Of a stretch of DNA of 64,000 bases, positions 8,155-16,802 are shown one piece after another. The stretch lies in NCBI GenBank assembly GCA_025457915.1, contig JALOTL010000017.1, forward strand, positions 4,718 to 68,717, in the 5' to 3' direction. Within the stretch, counting starts at the first letter, position 1. Each line of letters starts with the position of its first letter. The translations under genes and the position numbers were made by a program. Source of the stretch: Spirochaetota bacterium. GTDB lineage: Bacteria > Spirochaetota > UBA4802 > UBA5550. A model generated the notes under the pieces. The model was not told the DNA's origin. It saw only the letters and a list, made by a program, of their open reading frames with translations, and did no database searches.

Positions 8155-10104
8155 ATGCTGCAGATTATCGCCGCTCTCTTGAGCATCATCATGGGAATCA
8201 TCGTCGTAGTATTCGGCCAGGAAAAACGCGTAAAACCATGGTTCTTCCTCCTGTGCGTCAGCTGCGCCGTTCTGACCATCGGCCACCTCGTGGAGACGAG
8301 GGACGAGGCCCACACCTTCATCGCTGCCAGGATCGTCATGACGGCCGCCCTTGTAGCGGCGGTCGCGGGCGCAAAGTCCGCCACCATAATGTGCGGGATC
8401 ACGCTCCACCGGGCGGTCTGGATCGCGGTCATGGAGGCGGCGTTGATCAACATCGTCACTGTCCTGGCGACGGACTGGTACTTCACGGGTGAAATCATCA
8501 GGTATCCCTGGGGCCATTTCGTAGCCGGGCGCGTCGAATTCATCGTCAACCCGCTGTCCGTATCAGGTATAGTGACCTATGCCCTGATCGTCATGTTCAT
8601 CCATTACCGCAGGGCCCACCCGCTGGATAAGAACCGGATGTTCTTCATAATCGCAGCCTTTACTTTCCTTTCACTCACCCTTTTCGACTACCTTCCGCAT
8701 TTCGGCATAGACGTCTTCGGCGGACTGGTGAGCGCAGTTTCCATACCGCTTTTCCTCGCCTCGTTCGGCTATGCAAGCCTCCGCTACAGGCTGATCGAGT
8801 TCAGGGCCTTTCTCGGCCGCGCGGCCGGATACGCTATCCTGGCCATCCTGATGATCTCCGGTTATTCAGTCTTCATGGAAATCACCCGGAGACTGGGCAT
8901 CGAGCCCTCCAAATCCGCCGCTGGAGCGGCCGGGCTCATCCTCCTGATATATGCCACCATCGGCAGGGTGCTGCCTCGCCTCGTTGAAAAGGCAGTCAGG
9001 CAGAGCGAGCCGGACTACCAGAAAACCCTCGAGGAATTCAGCAGCGACGTGATGAACATATGGGACGAAAAGCTGCTTATAGAAAAAACGGGCGGGATCT
9101 GCACCTCGGAGTTCCTGTGTTCTTCGGCATCCATGCTGGACGGGAGCGAACTCGCCGCAAACGAGCTGATGAAAAATCTGGCGCTCAAACGCCAGGTCCT
9201 TGAGACGGAGATCATGAGAAGACGGTATTCGATATCCGAAGAGGCCCTTAAATCCATAGAACTTATCGTGCCACTGGTGCACAGCAACAACATCCTGGGC
9301 GCGCTGGCTCTCGGCAAAAGAAAGGACGGGAGGATCTTCACGCGCCTCGCGATACAGGGATTTCATACGCTGGGAAACATCGTCACAATAGCGCTTGCGA
9401 ACTCGCGCGCCGCGGCAGAGATACAGAAGCGCCACCAGCTGGACCGATACCTGGCTCCGCAGGTCGTCGAGAGCGTGCTGTCCGGCGAAGCCGACATGAT
9501 CGACAGAAAGCAGAGGGTCAAGGTGACCATATTCTTTTCCGACCTCAAGGACTTCACTAAAATGGCGGACGGGATGAACCCGGAAAGCCTCGCAAGCGTG
9601 CTCAACGAATACCTCTCTGAAATGGCGGAGATAGCCTTTTCCCACGGCGGGACCGTGGACAAGTTCATAGGTGACGCCGTGATGGTTTTTTTCGGCGCGC
9701 CTGTGGGCGACGATACCGCGCGCCAGGCCCGTCAATGCGTCCGCATGGCCGTGGCCATGCAGTGCAGGATTGCAGAGCTGAACCGGAAGTGGACAGAAGT
9801 CGGGCTCCTCGCGAAGGGCCTGGTCTGCAGGATCGGCATACACACCGGGGACGCCATAGTGGGCAGTTTCGGTAGCTCATCCAGGGTCGACTACACGGCA
9901 ATCGGAAGCTCGGTCAACCTCGCGTCAAGGCTCGAGGGCGCCTGCAGGCCGGGAATGATCCTGGTAAGCGCCGAAACCCGCGATCAGATGGGCGATGAAT
10001 TCAGGGTCACGCCGATGGGAGAGGTGGAGGTCAAGGGATTCTCTCAACCGGTGCGGGTATTCGAGGTGGACCCGGGAATCAATCCCGGCGACGCGTGCAT
10101 ATAA
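8155..10104 (+). CDS. Membrane-anchored adenylate/guanylate cyclase (multi-TM sensor, GAF-like domain, class III cyclase domain)
   Basis: The first roughly 280 aa hold 7-8 hydrophobic helices. A central GAF-like segment follows. The C-terminal CHD domain has FFSDLKDFT...GDAVMVFFG...RIGIHTGDAIVG. Confidence 0.8.
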   Translation: MLQIIAALLSIIMGIIVVVFGQEKRVKPWFFLLCVSCAVLTIGHLVETRDEAHTFIAARIVMTAALVAAVAGAKSATIMCGITLHRAVWIAVMEAALINIVTVLATDWYFTGEIIRYPWGHFVAGRVEFIVNPLSVSGIVTYALIVMFIHYRRAHPLDKNRMFFIIAAFTFLSLTLFDYLPHFGIDVFGGLVSAVSIPLFLASFGYASLRYRLIEFRAFLGRAAGYAILAILMISGYSVFMEITRRLGIEPSKSAAGAAGLILLIYATIGRVLPRLVEKAVRQSEPDYQKTLEEFSSDVMNIWDEKLLIEKTGGICTSEFLCSSASMLDGSELAANELMKNLALKRQVLETEIMRRRYSISEEALKSIELIVPLVHSNNILGALALGKRKDGRIFTRLAIQGFHTLGNIVTIALANSRAAAEIQKRHQLDRYLAPQVVESVLSGEADMIDRKQRVKVTIFFSDLKDFTKMADGMNPESLASVLNEYLSEMAEIAFSHGGTVDKFIGDAVMVFFGAPVGDDTARQARQCVRMAVAMQCRIAELNRKWTEVGLLAKGLVCRIGIHTGDAIVGSFGSSSRVDYTAIGSSVNLASRLEGACRPGMILVSAETRDQMGDEFRVTPMGEVEVKGFSQPVRVFEVDPGINPGDACI

Positions 10105-10136
10105 TAAAATGCAGGCCTGTCAAATTCTCCTGTGAA

Positions 10137-11279
10137 TCATTTTTTTTCACCTGGATCCATCCCGTTCAGGAAAGACTCAAGCATGTCTATGTTTTTTAGA
10201 ATGTCCCCCGGCGGTCCGGGATAATTCCCTGAAAGCGTCCTCTCCATCCACGAATCCATGTCCTTCAATGAATAATGCGCGATCCCGTTCGCTTCTGCGT
10301 AACGCGCAGCCGTCCCGGAAAGCCCGGGCGTGGAAAACATGAATCCCTTAGTGATGCCGTTTTGAGTCATGAATTCTTTCAGCTTTTTAACGTAACCCGT
10401 GTTCGCCGGGCCCCCGCTCCTGTGCCTGTAGCGGACCGCTGTCCCGTTCTCGCCGTCTGAAAAAACCAGTATTCTCTTCCGCCTGTCGAATGCCGAAGGA
10501 AGATACCCCAGCAGGAAAAAACTCACGGCAAGCCCGCGGGCGATCAGGTCCTCGCCGCGGTCCCTGCGGAATGGGCTCCTCGCCATAACGACCAGCCGCT
10601 CGGCAAAACCTGTCCTTCCGGACAGCCCGCCGATAATTTTTTCTACCTCGGTCTTCGCCATTCTGCGCGCTTTTCTTTTCAGGACATGCACCGACTCCGG
10701 GTCAAGGACGAAATACCGGTCGCCTTCAGCAATGAAGACGCGTTTGAGATAAGCCGCGCGTCCGGGTATAACGGCGAGAATCCACAGCGGATTCAGAAAA
10801 AACCCGGCCGCGACGGACGCCGCAAGGCCGATCAGCGACAGGATGAAGACCGCCCTTGCCTTTTTGAAGTCCCGCCGGTAAACGGAAAATATCTCTTCGG
10901 TCCTCGTTTCCGTTCCGGAGCGGAGCTCGGCTGTCCTTTTCTCCACCTCCTCCCTTACGCGCCGGAGTACGCCTTTTCCCACTGCCTTCGCTGGAGCCGG
11001 CTTCCAGTCCTTTTTTTCACGGGCTTTTGCAATACCAGCACGGCGAATGCTTAGAATGAAAACGTCGTCGTGGAGCTTGCGCCTGACAGGATCGGAAAGC
11101 ACCTCGTAAGCATAGTTCACCCTGGACTGCGCATCGTCCGATCCGCCGACGTCCGGATGCGTTGCGAGGGAAATCCTCCTGTAGGCCGATTTTATTTCCT
11201 GGACCGATGAATCCGGACCGATGCCGAGCAGTTCGTAACAGTTTATCCCGCGAAATCCGCCGCGTCCGCCCGCGGTCAT
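10137..11279 (-). CDS. J-domain (DnaJ-like) protein with a transmembrane segment and a C-terminal restriction-endonuclease-like (Mrr_cat-like) domain
   Basis: The N-terminus YELLGIGPDSSVQEIKSAYRRISLATHPD carries the J-domain HPD motif. A central hydrophobic helix follows. The C-terminal ILVFSDGENGTAVRYRHR...GFMFSTPGLSGTAARYAEANGIAHYSL resembles the Mrr/type IV nuclease fold with the canonical Lys replaced. Confidence 0.55.
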   Translation of the reverse strand: MTAGGRGGFRGINCYELLGIGPDSSVQEIKSAYRRISLATHPDVGGSDDAQSRVNYAYEVLSDPVRRKLHDDVFILSIRRAGIAKAREKKDWKPAPAKAVGKGVLRRVREEVEKRTAELRSGTETRTEEIFSVYRRDFKKARAVFILSLIGLAASVAAGFFLNPLWILAVIPGRAAYLKRVFIAEGDRYFVLDPESVHVLKRKARRMAKTEVEKIIGGLSGRTGFAERLVVMARSPFRRDRGEDLIARGLAVSFFLLGYLPSAFDRRKRILVFSDGENGTAVRYRHRSGGPANTGYVKKLKEFMTQNGITKGFMFSTPGLSGTAARYAEANGIAHYSLKDMDSWMERTLSGNYPGPPGDILKNIDMLESFLNGMDPGEKK

Positions 11280-11295
11280 GTGATGACCCCGCTCA

Positions 11296-12018
11296 TCAAG
11301 ATTGCCCCGGCGCGGTGCCCGCTGAAAAAAGATCCGTCATCAACGCGTACCGGGTCAAAAAAATCACCGCCATGGGGACGATCGAATAAATGGCCGCCGA
11401 GGCCGAATACCTCATAACCGCGGCAGGCAGCCCGCGGTCAGGAAGGTACTCGGCGGCAATGCCGATCAATACAACAGCCGAGATAAAAACGAGGTTGTAA
11501 ACGGTGTATCCGGAAAGGAAGTGTTTGAAGACTGAAATAATCGAACGGGACGACGATCCGGTGATGATTATCGACGATACCCCGTAGTTGGACACGAAAT
11601 ATAGAAGACAGAACAGGGAAACAGGAAAAACGTGGAGAACGGCCTCCCCTTCCCTGTTTGAATCGGAAAAGGCAGCTGCATAGGCTAAAAAGAAAATAAT
11701 GCATGCCGAAACATATACCGCGGCCAGCTTCAGCGCGTGCTTCCCGAGCCGGATAAAAAAAGACAGCATCCGGACGCCGCCGAAAATGCGGAGGGACATC
11801 CTGTATATCAGAAAAAAATACACTGCGCTCGCGATCGCGACCATGCAGCCCGTCCTGGCGAGAAGGTCGTTTGTACTGTCGAACTCAAGCGATCCGATGA
11901 GCCCGTTCTGCACGAGAGGCAGGAAAAAAACCGCGTAAAAAGTCCATTCCCTTAACGCCGCCTTCATTATTATGATTATTCCACCAGTTGTTTTAATCCC
12001 TTTTTTTTCCGTTTCCAC
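11296..12018 (-). CDS. Integral membrane protein, uncharacterised
   Basis: It is multi-pass hydrophobic and is co-directional with the J-domain gene, 17 nt away. An alternative start MKAALREW lies at 11967. Confidence 0.4.
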   Translation of the reverse strand: METEKKGIKTTGGIIIIMKAALREWTFYAVFFLPLVQNGLIGSLEFDSTNDLLARTGCMVAIASAVYFFLIYRMSLRIFGGVRMLSFFIRLGKHALKLAAVYVSACIIFFLAYAAAFSDSNREGEAVLHVFPVSLFCLLYFVSNYGVSSIIITGSSSRSIISVFKHFLSGYTVYNLVFISAVVLIGIAAEYLPDRGLPAAVMRYSASAAIYSIVPMAVIFLTRYALMTDLFSAGTAPGQS

Positions 12019-12125
12019 GGGTCCCTTCCTCGGAGTTTACAGAATTCCCGGCTTCTTGTCATGAACGCTCAAATGTCAGCATCTTCAATGCCCTTCAATC
12101 GGGCGCAGAAATCACCGCCGCAACT

Positions 12126-12899
12126 TCATTTCTTTTCAAAAACCATCATGAAAGTGACCGGAAGCCCCCTGTATTTTTTCATGCGAGCCTGTTTATCGAT
12201 GAAATCATCCGTAACGAACCTCTCGAAGAATTCCACCATTGCCAGGCCGGCCGCGACCGCCGATGAAAAATATTCGCTCAGGGAGTGAATGCTGTTCTTT
12301 ATCGAAAATTCCCGGCTTGTTTTACCGTCGTAAAAATGCGTCGGTATCCCGTTCAGCAGAAAAAAGGGATGGTAGTCGGCCAGCGCAAGCCATCCCCCAG
12401 TCCTGAGCGACAAGGCAGCCGATTTATAAAAGGCGCCGATGTCTTCCACGTGACAGAGGGCCAGGCTGGTTGCAATGCCGTCATACTGGCCGTTACCGGC
12501 ATCCGCAGAAATGGACCCGGAAATAATTATCCCGTCGTATAAATTCTTTTTCCCAGCTATACGTGCCATTTCCGGACTTATGTCGATGCCGGAGACGCTG
12601 TCCGTACCGCGGTCCTTCAGCCATCGGCCGATCCGTCCCGTGCCGCACCCGAAGTCCAGTACGCGCTCCCCCTTTATCCTGGACCGCAGTAAGCCTGATG
12701 AATTGAACATGGGAAGGTCAAGAAAATCGTGCAGGGGATCATCGTCATAGAATTCCGACCACCTGGCATAGCCCTCCGCTACGGGAAGAACGGTCTTCTT
12801 CCTGCTGTCATAGAAAGAAAAATCTAGAGGCTTGCCCAGAATTAAACCACCCATCCTGTCCCTCCGCGTGGTGTTTCGGCTCTCCGATACGGCGTCCAA
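12126..12899 (-). CDS. Class I SAM-dependent methyltransferase
   Basis: It has the motif I VLDFGCGTGR and is a small-molecule/UbiE-like type with no DNA-MTase motifs. An alternative internal start is at 12854. Confidence 0.75.
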   Translation of the reverse strand: MDAVSESRNTTRRDRMGGLILGKPLDFSFYDSRKKTVLPVAEGYARWSEFYDDDPLHDFLDLPMFNSSGLLRSRIKGERVLDFGCGTGRIGRWLKDRGTDSVSGIDISPEMARIAGKKNLYDGIIISGSISADAGNGQYDGIATSLALCHVEDIGAFYKSAALSLRTGGWLALADYHPFFLLNGIPTHFYDGKTSREFSIKNSIHSLSEYFSSAVAAGLAMVEFFERFVTDDFIDKQARMKKYRGLPVTFMMVFEKK

Positions 12900-12983
12900 A
12901 TAATGTCCGGGAATAAGGTTTTTTCAAGATAAAAATATGTTGCATTTAATTTTCACCGGTTATACTTTTTCACTGCATGCTAA

Positions 12984-14132
12984 ATGCGCTGGCGGTTTAT
13001 GATGCCCGGGAAGAAAACAAAAAACGCGGGTTCCGACAAAACAAAGAAACTCGAGGAACAGATCCGCGGGCTGAAAAAAAAGAACTCCGCACTCGGCAGG
13101 GAGGTCGACCGGCTGAGGAATTCCGAGAACATTTACCAGACCATATTCGAAAACACCGGCACCATCACCCTGATCTTCGACGAGAACACGACAATAACCA
13201 TGGTGAATTCAGATTTCGCCAGGCGCATGGGCTACACCAAGGATGAGGTCGAGGGAAAGCTGAGCTGGACCATGTTCATCGCCAGGGACGACCTGAAAAA
13301 GCTGAAAACCTACCACGCCCTGAGGAGCAGGGACCCGGCCGCTGCCCCCAAGAGCTACGAGTTTAAAATCGTAAACAGGCGCGGCGAGGTCCTGAATATT
13401 TTCATGACCATTGAGATCATACCCGGCACCAGGCTCCGGGTCGCGTCCCTGATCGACATCACTGACCGCATACGGGCGGAGGAGAAGATCATGAAGGTCG
13501 GGGAGACCGAAAGGCAGAAAATCGGACAGGACCTTCACGACGACCTGGCCCCGCACCTGATCGGCACGGAGGTCATGGTAAAAATCCTTGCCGACCGCCT
13601 TGAAAAAAATTCGCCCGCAGACCTTCCCCTCATAAACAGGATCAGGCTGCTCATGAACGAGGCCATCACCAAAACGCGCGGGTTCGCGCACGGCCTCTGC
13701 CCTGTTTTTCTCATAGAGCACGGCCTTGAATCGGCGTTGAAGGAACTCGCGTCGACGACAAGGGAGCTGTTCGGAGCGGAATGCGCGCTTGATTTCGGCG
13801 AGTCAGTTCCCGCGTTCGACCTGGCGGCCTCAACGAACCTTTATTATATCGCGCAGGAGGCCGTCCAAAACGCGGTGAAACACGGGAAGGCCCGCCGCAT
13901 CGGAATCAGGCTTTCCATGGAAGGGGGCACGGCCGTGCTCGCCGTAAATGACGACGGCGGCGGTTTTGACGTTAATACATCCACCCAGGGTATCGGGCAG
14001 AGCATAATGAGATACCGGGCGCGCATGATAAACGCGTTTCTGGACATTGAAAGCGAAAAGGGAAAGGGTTCAGTCGTCAGAGTAACGATGCAGGCTGATC
14101 CGAGAAACAGCAAGACGGTTAAAAATGGTTAA
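12984..14132 (+). CDS. PAS-domain sensor histidine kinase (HisKA_3 / NarL-type)
   Basis: It has a coiled N-terminus, a PAS domain, the H-box ERQKIGQDLHDDLAPHL and a C-terminal HATPase_c (NDDGGGFD, GIGQ). It overlaps the downstream response regulator by 8 nt. Confidence 0.8.
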   Translation: MRWRFMMPGKKTKNAGSDKTKKLEEQIRGLKKKNSALGREVDRLRNSENIYQTIFENTGTITLIFDENTTITMVNSDFARRMGYTKDEVEGKLSWTMFIARDDLKKLKTYHALRSRDPAAAPKSYEFKIVNRRGEVLNIFMTIEIIPGTRLRVASLIDITDRIRAEEKIMKVGETERQKIGQDLHDDLAPHLIGTEVMVKILADRLEKNSPADLPLINRIRLLMNEAITKTRGFAHGLCPVFLIEHGLESALKELASTTRELFGAECALDFGESVPAFDLAASTNLYYIAQEAVQNAVKHGKARRIGIRLSMEGGTAVLAVNDDGGGFDVNTSTQGIGQSIMRYRARMINAFLDIESEKGKGSVVRVTMQADPRNSKTVKNG

Positions 14133-14784
14133 ACGCCACAGGATTTACCTGGTCGAAGACCACGAGATATTCAGGATGGGGCTGAAGGAGCTGATCGACA
14201 GCGAGGACGACCTCTGCGTGTGCGGGGAGGCAGGCGGCGCCACTGACGCATGGAAGGAGATAAATACCCTTCGCCCCGACATGGCCGTGATAGACCTTTC
14301 GCTGAGCGAAGGCAACGGGCTCCAGCTGATCAAGGACTTATCCAGGCGCGACAGGTCGCTGCCGATCCTCGTGCTGTCAATGTACGACGAAGGGATATAC
14401 GCCGAGAGGTCCCTCGCGTCGGGCGCGAGGGGATACATAATGAAACAGGAGACGTCGGAGTCCATAGTTAAGGCGATCCGCCGGATCCTGGGCGGCGAGA
14501 TTTACGTCAGCGAAAAAATCACAAGCGCGGTCCTTTCGCGGCTGTCTGGCCCTCCGGGAAGTACCGGGAAAACACCGCTTTCGGAACTGACCGACCGCGA
14601 ACTTGAGGTCTTCGAGCTCATCGGGAGGGGCCTTTCGTCCGGCGAGATAGCGAAAAGGCTTAACCTCAACGTCAAGACGATAGGCACATACAGGGAAAGA
14701 ATAAAGGAAAAGCTCGGCATAAAAAACGCCCCGGACCTCATCAAAAACGCCGCCCTGTGGGTGGAGGGCATCTCCCGCCCGTGA
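14125..14784 (+). CDS. LuxR/NarL-family response regulator (REC plus HTH)
   Basis: The REC domain (IYLVEDHEIFRMGL..D..PDMAVIDLSL) and the LuxR HTH (LTDRELEVFELIGRGLSSGEIAKRLNLNVKTI) are present. It is translationally coupled to the kinase. Confidence 0.85.
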   Translation: MVKRHRIYLVEDHEIFRMGLKELIDSEDDLCVCGEAGGATDAWKEINTLRPDMAVIDLSLSEGNGLQLIKDLSRRDRSLPILVLSMYDEGIYAERSLASGARGYIMKQETSESIVKAIRRILGGEIYVSEKITSAVLSRLSGPPGSTGKTPLSELTDRELEVFELIGRGLSSGEIAKRLNLNVKTIGTYRERIKEKLGIKNAPDLIKNAALWVEGISRP

Positions 14785-14914
14785 TCCCGTAGGTGATCAA
14801 CCTACAAAAAAATAATCCCTTCAACCACGAGCAAATAAGTTCCTGACCGCTTCCAATCCACCGGTCCCCGCGGTATTATCAACCATCATTTCTGGAAAAC
14901 CCTGGAGGACTGTT

Positions 14915-16633
14915 ATGAATGCAATAGAAGAAAAAAACTGCTGCGCCGGAAAACCATGGCTCGGATCGTATGCCGCGGGCGTTCCCGAGAAGCTGGATTA
15001 TGAAAAAATCTGCCTGCCCGGTTTTCTTGAGCGCGCCGCGAGGCAATATCCGGATTCGACCGCGCTCGTTTTCATGGGATATACCGTCAGCTATAAAAAA
15101 CTCAACGAGATGGCCGATAGTTTCGCGTCCGCCCTTGCCGGATTCGGGATCAAAAAAGGGGACAGCGTGGCCATCATCCTGCCGAACACAATTCAATGCG
15201 TCGCTGCCTATTACGGGATACTGAAGGCCGGGGCCATAGCCGTGATGAACAATCCGCTCTATTCGGACAAGGAGCTGGAGCACCAGCTTTCCGACTCGGA
15301 ATCCAGGGCCCTGGTCACGCTGGACCTTCTCGCCGACAGGATGATTGATCTCAGGGCGAAAACGAGTGTGAAGCAGATCGTGGTGGCTTCGATAGGGGAT
15401 TACCTGCCATTCCCCAAGAGCCTTCTTTTTCCGCTTGTGGCGAAAAAGAAAAAACTGGCGGCCGACGTCAAATCCGCCCCCATGGTATATTTCTGGAAGG
15501 AGCTCATTAAAAACAGCGGCCCTGATATTCCAGCCGTAAACATCTCTTTCCACGACACCGCGCAGTACCAGTACACAGGCGGAACCACCGGCGTTTCGAA
15601 AGGCGTCGTTCTCACGCACGGTAACCTGAGCAGGAACGTCCAGCAGATCGCGTCCTGGTTCCCGGACATGAAAAACGCGGAGGAAACCATGCTCGGCGCG
15701 CTCCCGTACTTCCACGTGTTCGGGCTGACCGTTTCCATGAACCTGGCGGTTTTCAAGTCATGGAAAAACGTCCTCGTGCCCAAACCACAGACAGAACAGC
15801 TCATCGAGGTTCTGAAAAAAGACAGGCCGAGTTTCGTTCCGATGGTACCGACCATGTACATCGGCATCATAAACCACCCCGGGTTCGGCAAAATGGACCT
15901 CTCCTTCATCAACGGCTGCTTCAGCGGCAGCGCCCCGCTTCCGGTCGAGGTGATCAAAACCTTCGAAAGCAAGAGCGGCACGGTGATATGCGAGGGATTC
16001 GGGATGACTGAATCGTCGCCCGTCACGCATGTAAACCCGTTCGAAAAGGGGAAACCCAGGCCGGGCAGCATAGGGATACCGGTACCTGACACCGAGTGCA
16101 GGATAGTCGACATAGAAGACCGCAGCACCGACGTGCCGGCCGGAAAACCTGGCGAGCTCATCATACGAGGCCCGCAGGTGATGGAGGGATATAAGGACAT
16201 GCCGGATGAGACATCTGACGCCATACGGGGCGGATGGCTGCATACCGGCGACGTCGCCACGATGGACGATGACGGATACTTCTACATCGTTGACAGGCTC
16301 AAGGACATGATAATTTCCGGCGGCTACAACGTGTATCCAAGGGAGATCGACGAGGTCGTTTACACGCATCCCGGGGTTCTCGAGGCCTGCGCCATTGGCA
16401 TACCACACCCGACAAGGGGCGAAGCGATCAAGCTTTTCGCAGTGCTCAGGGACGGCGTAACCTGCACTGAAGACGAGATGATAGATTTCTGCAGGGACAA
16501 GCTCGCGACATACAAACTCCCGTCGGAAATCGAGTTCAGAAAAGAACTGCCGAAATCAGCCGTGGGAAAGATATTGAGAAAGGAACTCAGGGCCGAGGAA
16601 ATGGAAAAAAGAAAGCAATCCAAGGCTTCATGA
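14915..16633 (+). CDS. fadD: Long-chain fatty acid--CoA ligase (AMP-binding)
   Basis: It has the AMP-binding motif YTGGTTGVSKGVVLTH, GYGMTE-like and the terminal lysine region, and is 572 aa. Confidence 0.9.
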   Translation: MNAIEEKNCCAGKPWLGSYAAGVPEKLDYEKICLPGFLERAARQYPDSTALVFMGYTVSYKKLNEMADSFASALAGFGIKKGDSVAIILPNTIQCVAAYYGILKAGAIAVMNNPLYSDKELEHQLSDSESRALVTLDLLADRMIDLRAKTSVKQIVVASIGDYLPFPKSLLFPLVAKKKKLAADVKSAPMVYFWKELIKNSGPDIPAVNISFHDTAQYQYTGGTTGVSKGVVLTHGNLSRNVQQIASWFPDMKNAEETMLGALPYFHVFGLTVSMNLAVFKSWKNVLVPKPQTEQLIEVLKKDRPSFVPMVPTMYIGIINHPGFGKMDLSFINGCFSGSAPLPVEVIKTFESKSGTVICEGFGMTESSPVTHVNPFEKGKPRPGSIGIPVPDTECRIVDIEDRSTDVPAGKPGELIIRGPQVMEGYKDMPDETSDAIRGGWLHTGDVATMDDDGYFYIVDRLKDMIISGGYNVYPREIDEVVYTHPGVLEACAIGIPHPTRGEAIKLFAVLRDGVTCTEDEMIDFCRDKLATYKLPSEIEFRKELPKSAVGKILRKELRAEEMEKRKQSKAS

Positions 16634-16644
16634 CCACGATAAAA

Positions 16645-16673
16645 GGGCCGCCATGGGGCGGCCCTTTCTTTTA
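16645..16673 (+). terminator. Rho-independent terminator after fadD
   Basis: GGGCCGCC atgg GGCGGCCC followed by TTTCTTTT. Confidence 0.7.
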
Positions 16674-16802
16674 ATGATTCGATCCCCCCTGCCGTATTCC
16701 AGGCAAAATTCTCTAAAATAATAAAAACAAACTTACGATAAGATATATAGACCGGATTATGTCCGATCGGCCCAAGACCAGTCAAGAAAACCGGGGTGAA
16801 CC

